In this document: piece after piece, positions 63,842-64,000 of the stretch
Position numbering within the stretch: the first letter of the stretch is position 1
Layout: each line of letters starts with the position of its first letter
Assembly (NCBI GenBank): GCA_002269645.1
Contig: NIVC01003384.1
Span: 1 to 64,000, forward strand
From: Macrostomum lignano
Lineage: Eukaryota
Direction of reading: 5' to 3'
DNA length: 64,000 nt
Notes under the pieces: generated by a model
Database searches by the model: none
Told to the model about the DNA's origin: nothing
Seen by the model: the letters and a program-made list of their open reading frames with translations, nothing else
Position numbers and translations under genes: made by a program

Positions 63842-64000
63842 GTGAGTGTGTCCAGAGAGAGGGGCCCTCTAGGAGTGTATTGTGTCAGACTAGACAAGTG
63901 TTTTGCATTGACATTGACGCACAACCGGTGAGAGGCATTACTGCCCATTCGGCCGACTCCCCATAAGCAGGCACACGTACACAGTCATACGCACAGACAC

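Overview
This window is intron-rich animal genomic DNA, not prokaryotic. Nearly every long intron holds a different minisatellite; this style suggests a free-living flatworm such as Macrostomum, but that is inference from memory. Seven spliced protein-coding genes can be built on the + strand from GT-AG junctions with consistent phases. (1) A divergent F-actin capping protein alpha with a 1-bp frameshift. (2) A TCF/LEF/pangolin factor with an HMG box and C-clamp. (3) An SVOP-like MFS transporter with an in-frame TGA. (4) A secreted bacterial-type sphingomyelinase-C-like enzyme with a Cys-rich N-terminal module. (5) An OSM-9/Inactive-type TRPV channel. (6 and 7) Two tandem Src-family kinases. 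An eighth gene, encoding a B-box/coiled-coil/Tudor protein, runs off the right edge. The window also contains a tRNA-Ile with the unusual GAU anticodon, an antisense open Src kinase-domain copy nested in a TRPV intron, a CORE-SINE, several TIR elements with clean 8-bp target-site duplications, a foldback-like element, and a 28S rRNA-like fragment inside a TIR element. Most long ORFs in the supplied track are artefacts of tandem repeats. All homology calls come from recalled family motifs, not database searches.
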